Assembly: GCF_018977255.1 (NCBI RefSeq)
Contig: NW_024704743.1
Location: 78,122,001 to 78,186,000, forward strand
DNA length: 64,000 nucleotides
Reading direction: 5' to 3'
From: Callorhinchus milii
Taxonomy: Eukaryota
The position numbers were made by a program, and so were the translations under genes. The notes under the pieces are model-generated. The model searched no databases. It was given only the letters and a program-made list of their open reading frames with translations, and was not told the origin of the DNA. Below, piece after piece: positions 60,713 through 64,000 of the stretch; position 1 is the stretch's first letter, and the number at the start of each line of letters is the position of its first letter.

Positions 60713-62299
60713 AATACATTATCACTGGGAGATAACTAGTAGCTGAACGGTATTCTGCATGTGGATTTGAGTACCTTTAGTGGCGTTCAGCTGGACGGTA
60801 ATTTGTACAGACAGCAGTTGAACCATATTGCTGACACAAAATGCAGTTGACATTGGATCAGTTTGTGCAGTATAAATGGAGGTGAACTTTCTGCAGTACA
60901 GTGAAATTAGCTGATTGAATTTATAACTGAAATGAGCAAAATAGGTTGAGCTTTGAAGGGAAACAATCTCTTAGTTCTTTTACTTCGGAAACTTTGTTTT
61001 CTTTTGCAGCCCCAAAAAATATTGGAACGGTTAGTGAACCCAGAGTTAAGAGTGGAGGTTTCATGGTGTAACACTAAAGTTCCGCAAGCTTTGTAGCAGA
61101 TCCCTGCACCAGGCACAACAATATCTTGGGAAGAATCATCTGCTTGAAGTATAAAATGTAGGGTGGGTAGGAAGTCTGTGGGAAATGAATTGCACCAACT
61201 TGATATAAACTGATAAACCTTCAGTAAAGATATTTTTGAAGATGGTTTCATCTGTCTATTATCTTTCAAGGCCATGTTCTCGGAGCAGAGATCACCTACT
61301 AATTAGAAATATTTGTATATTTTTCTTTAAAAACATAGTCATTCATGTGATGGCTTTTCTGAAATGCTGTACGCTATCCAGCTCCTCCCGACGTGAAAAG
61401 CGCTATGCAAATATAAGCTTGTTGTTGTTTTCGTGGGGTATTGCTGAGCTCCACTGGTGCTTGGAATTCATCCCTTTATTGTTGCAGAGTGGTTGTGTTC
61501 TCTTGCAAAATGTAGTGGCTAAATGTTACAGAAAACTCTGAATTGCCTTGAACTGTTAGACATGATGAAGCTCTAAAATTCAAGATTAGTATTGCAGCAG
61601 TCTTGGTTTGAGTACCTGAATGTAAAGACAACTTTCTGTCTCAGTTTCCAGAACTGAATCACGCCCAACAAGGTGATAACACTTTCAAACCATTGATTGG
61701 ATTTAAACTCTTCTGTCTGTTCATGTAAACCAGATTAGCTTTTCCTAAATTTAGCCATCTATAAGAACAAGTTATAGCTTTGCCTTGTTTACAAGACAAC
61801 AAGTGACAAGTTTATCTGTTAACAGCTCTTATTTCCATTGAAATAAAATCTGTTCATGAATAGAACAAATATGTATGCGTTAATCTGGTTGTTAATCTGG
61901 GACGTCCTCCCGACGTGAAAAGCGCTATATCAAATGCAAGGATTATTATTCTTATTATTGTGGGGTTCCTGCCAGGGTTACATTGCAGCTCATTTATGCT
62001 GCAGTTTGCTCACAAAATTGCTTGAGAGCCTGCTTAAACAGAGATGGTTCTCAAGTAATCCGAGGACACTGGTGCAGAGTGGAATACAAGAAAATACCCA
62101 GGAATTAACAATGGTCTTTTAAAAGGGGTATTGGGACAAGGCAGTTAATGGGACTGAATGGGTTGCGCCAGCACAGACATGATGGGTCAAATAGCCATCT
62201 TCTGGGCTGTAAACTTCTATGATCAACTGTGAGTTATTAATCTTTCACTACTACCAATTTCACCCAATCTTACAAAATGTTCTATATCTTGTAATATAG

Positions 62300-62449
62300 G
62301 TGCGGGCATTGTCAGAGACTACAGGCCACATGGAACAAACTGGGAGACAAATACAACAACATGGAGAAAACTCCAGTGCACGTAGCCAAAGTTGACTGCA
62401 CCGAAGATACCCAGATCTGCTCAGAGAATGGGGTCCGAGGTTATCCCAC
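62300..62449 (+). CDS. TXNDC5: TXNDC5 exon 2 with WCGHC active site
   Basis: (W)[49 protein letters not shown](T). tag acceptor, AC|GTAAGT donor, 150 nt. Confidence 0.97.
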
Positions 62450-63534
62450 GTAAGTGCCGCACTGGCGGACGGGTTCTTTCCATTGAAAGTGTTGATCTTC
62501 ACCTAGTTTTTAAGATATTCTTGCACAATAGTTGGGAGTGAGGTTTGTGAGTGAGCAGATGTTCTCAGTGTGTTACTACTTGGCTGGTTAACAATCCCCC
62601 AAATAAAATAAATCATTCACATCATGGCTGTTAATGGGACATTGGTGTGTGCAAATTCACCTACAAAGTAGCTGCATTTATATTACAGATACATTTCTGA
62701 AATAAGACTGAGCCACTTCCTCTGGAAACTCTACCCCCAACTGCAAACCGTACATTGTACAACATCTTGGGGTGCCCCCTGACATGTAAATCTAAATTTG
62801 TAGTTGTGTTGAATATATTTGGATACCAAATATATTCCCGATTCAATATTACAGAAAACGGAATTGCCTTGAGCTGTTAAGACATGTAAAGGCTGAACAT
62901 GTAAAACGTTAATTGTACAGCAAAAAAAGGAGTTAATTTGTGGGCAAAGTTGTTTTTTAAATGCTTACAGCTTCAACCGAAATTACACATTTCTTTTTAA
63001 GAAAAGGAGGGATTTGGTTGTAATAATCCTGAAATAGAATCTGAGCCTTAATTAAGCAGCAGATTTTTCAGTTTCAGATCTATATAGAGGTTGCACCTGA
63101 GCCCTGCCTGTCATTTATTTTTATGTTTGGTTATATTCAAAGGATTAATCTTTTCTTTGTGAATATTTCTAAATCAATATTCTGCATAGAATTTGGGAGG
63201 AAAGATGTTTCTTACAAATTAGGCTTGATCTCCAGAAATGCTTTCAATATTTAATTAAAAAAAACAATATGTAACCCAGTTTGGGATGCAGCATTGCTCA
63301 CTGAACAAATGTAAAGTCATTCACATTCCAGTTCTGATTTCTCTCTTTCTCTCCCCACCCCCCCTTCACCCAATTATGAAAAATCCTTTAAAAGTAATGA
63401 GGCAGAACACTTCATACAACATTTTCATTCTCTGCATTTCTAAATTACTTTCAACTCTTGAGCAAATAATTGCTGGCTGTGCAGTTTAATTTTTTTAAAA
63501 AAGTAATGTTTCCCCCCCTCTGGTTGATCATCAG

Positions 63535-63640
63535 ACTCAAGTTGTTTAAACCTGAACAAGATGCTGTCAAATATCAGGGACCTCGAGACTTCGAATCGCT
63601 GGAAACATGGATGATTCAGACAGTGAATGCTAAACCTGCT
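63535..63640 (+). CDS. TXNDC5: TXNDC5 exon 3; gene continues beyond the window
   Basis: (T)[35 protein letters not shown]. cag acceptor, GTAAGT donor. Confidence 0.96.
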
Positions 63641-64000
63641 GTAAGTATGGAATGCAGTGTCTTTCTCCTTCTTGTTGCTTAACCTCAGGTTTTTGCATTG
63701 ATGTAAACTGGTGCTGTGAAAGCAAAACATTTACCTTTCTGCTTTTGTTATTGTTTTATTTCCTCTCTCCTGTCTGCAACCAGAACTAGTGACATTGTAT
63801 TTGGCTGCAACATTGCAGCTGTAACAGGGCAAGTTCGAACTTATTTATGCAGGATTTGTAATATGTGGCCAGTTGATCTAATCTCATTGTCATTTTGCAC
63901 TGGTAAAGTCTGAACATCTTGTTTTTAAGGCAATTCAACTAAGCTGGACTTTTATTAAGCTTTTATTAAGTCAATTAGTGTGGAACTGACCCACTTAATA

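Overview
Vertebrate nuclear DNA, most likely from a cartilaginous fish and probably a chimaera or elephant-shark relative. This is inferred from the CR1, L2 and Deu-type/tRNA-SINE repeat content. Two genes are recognisable on the + strand in the conserved vertebrate order. BLOC1S5 (MUTED) is complete: 5 coding exons, 15405-29085, 154 aa. TXNDC5 has its first three exons here (from 57879; CGHC thioredoxin domain 1). Both first introns open with very large CA-rich repeat expansions (~8.4 kb and ~1.3 kb). The rest is repeat-dense: young tRNA(Ala)-headed SINEs, older Deu-domain SINEs, L2 and CR1 fragments, a decayed near-full-length CR1 (53.2-57.1 kb), a 602-bp solo LTR with a 5-bp TSD, and small hAT-like MITEs. 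The most interesting unexplained signal is a candidate spliced gene or pseudogene on the - strand at ~9.0-10.2 kb, pointing away from the BLOC1S5 promoter. It has a phase-compatible GT-AG intron, an MCRTL N-terminus, degenerate 14-codon RxRAAxF repeats, a PxIxIT-like C-terminus and a downstream ATTAAA. I cannot assign it to a known family and it needs expression and homology checks. All coordinates were read by eye; repeat family names are from memory, not from a search.
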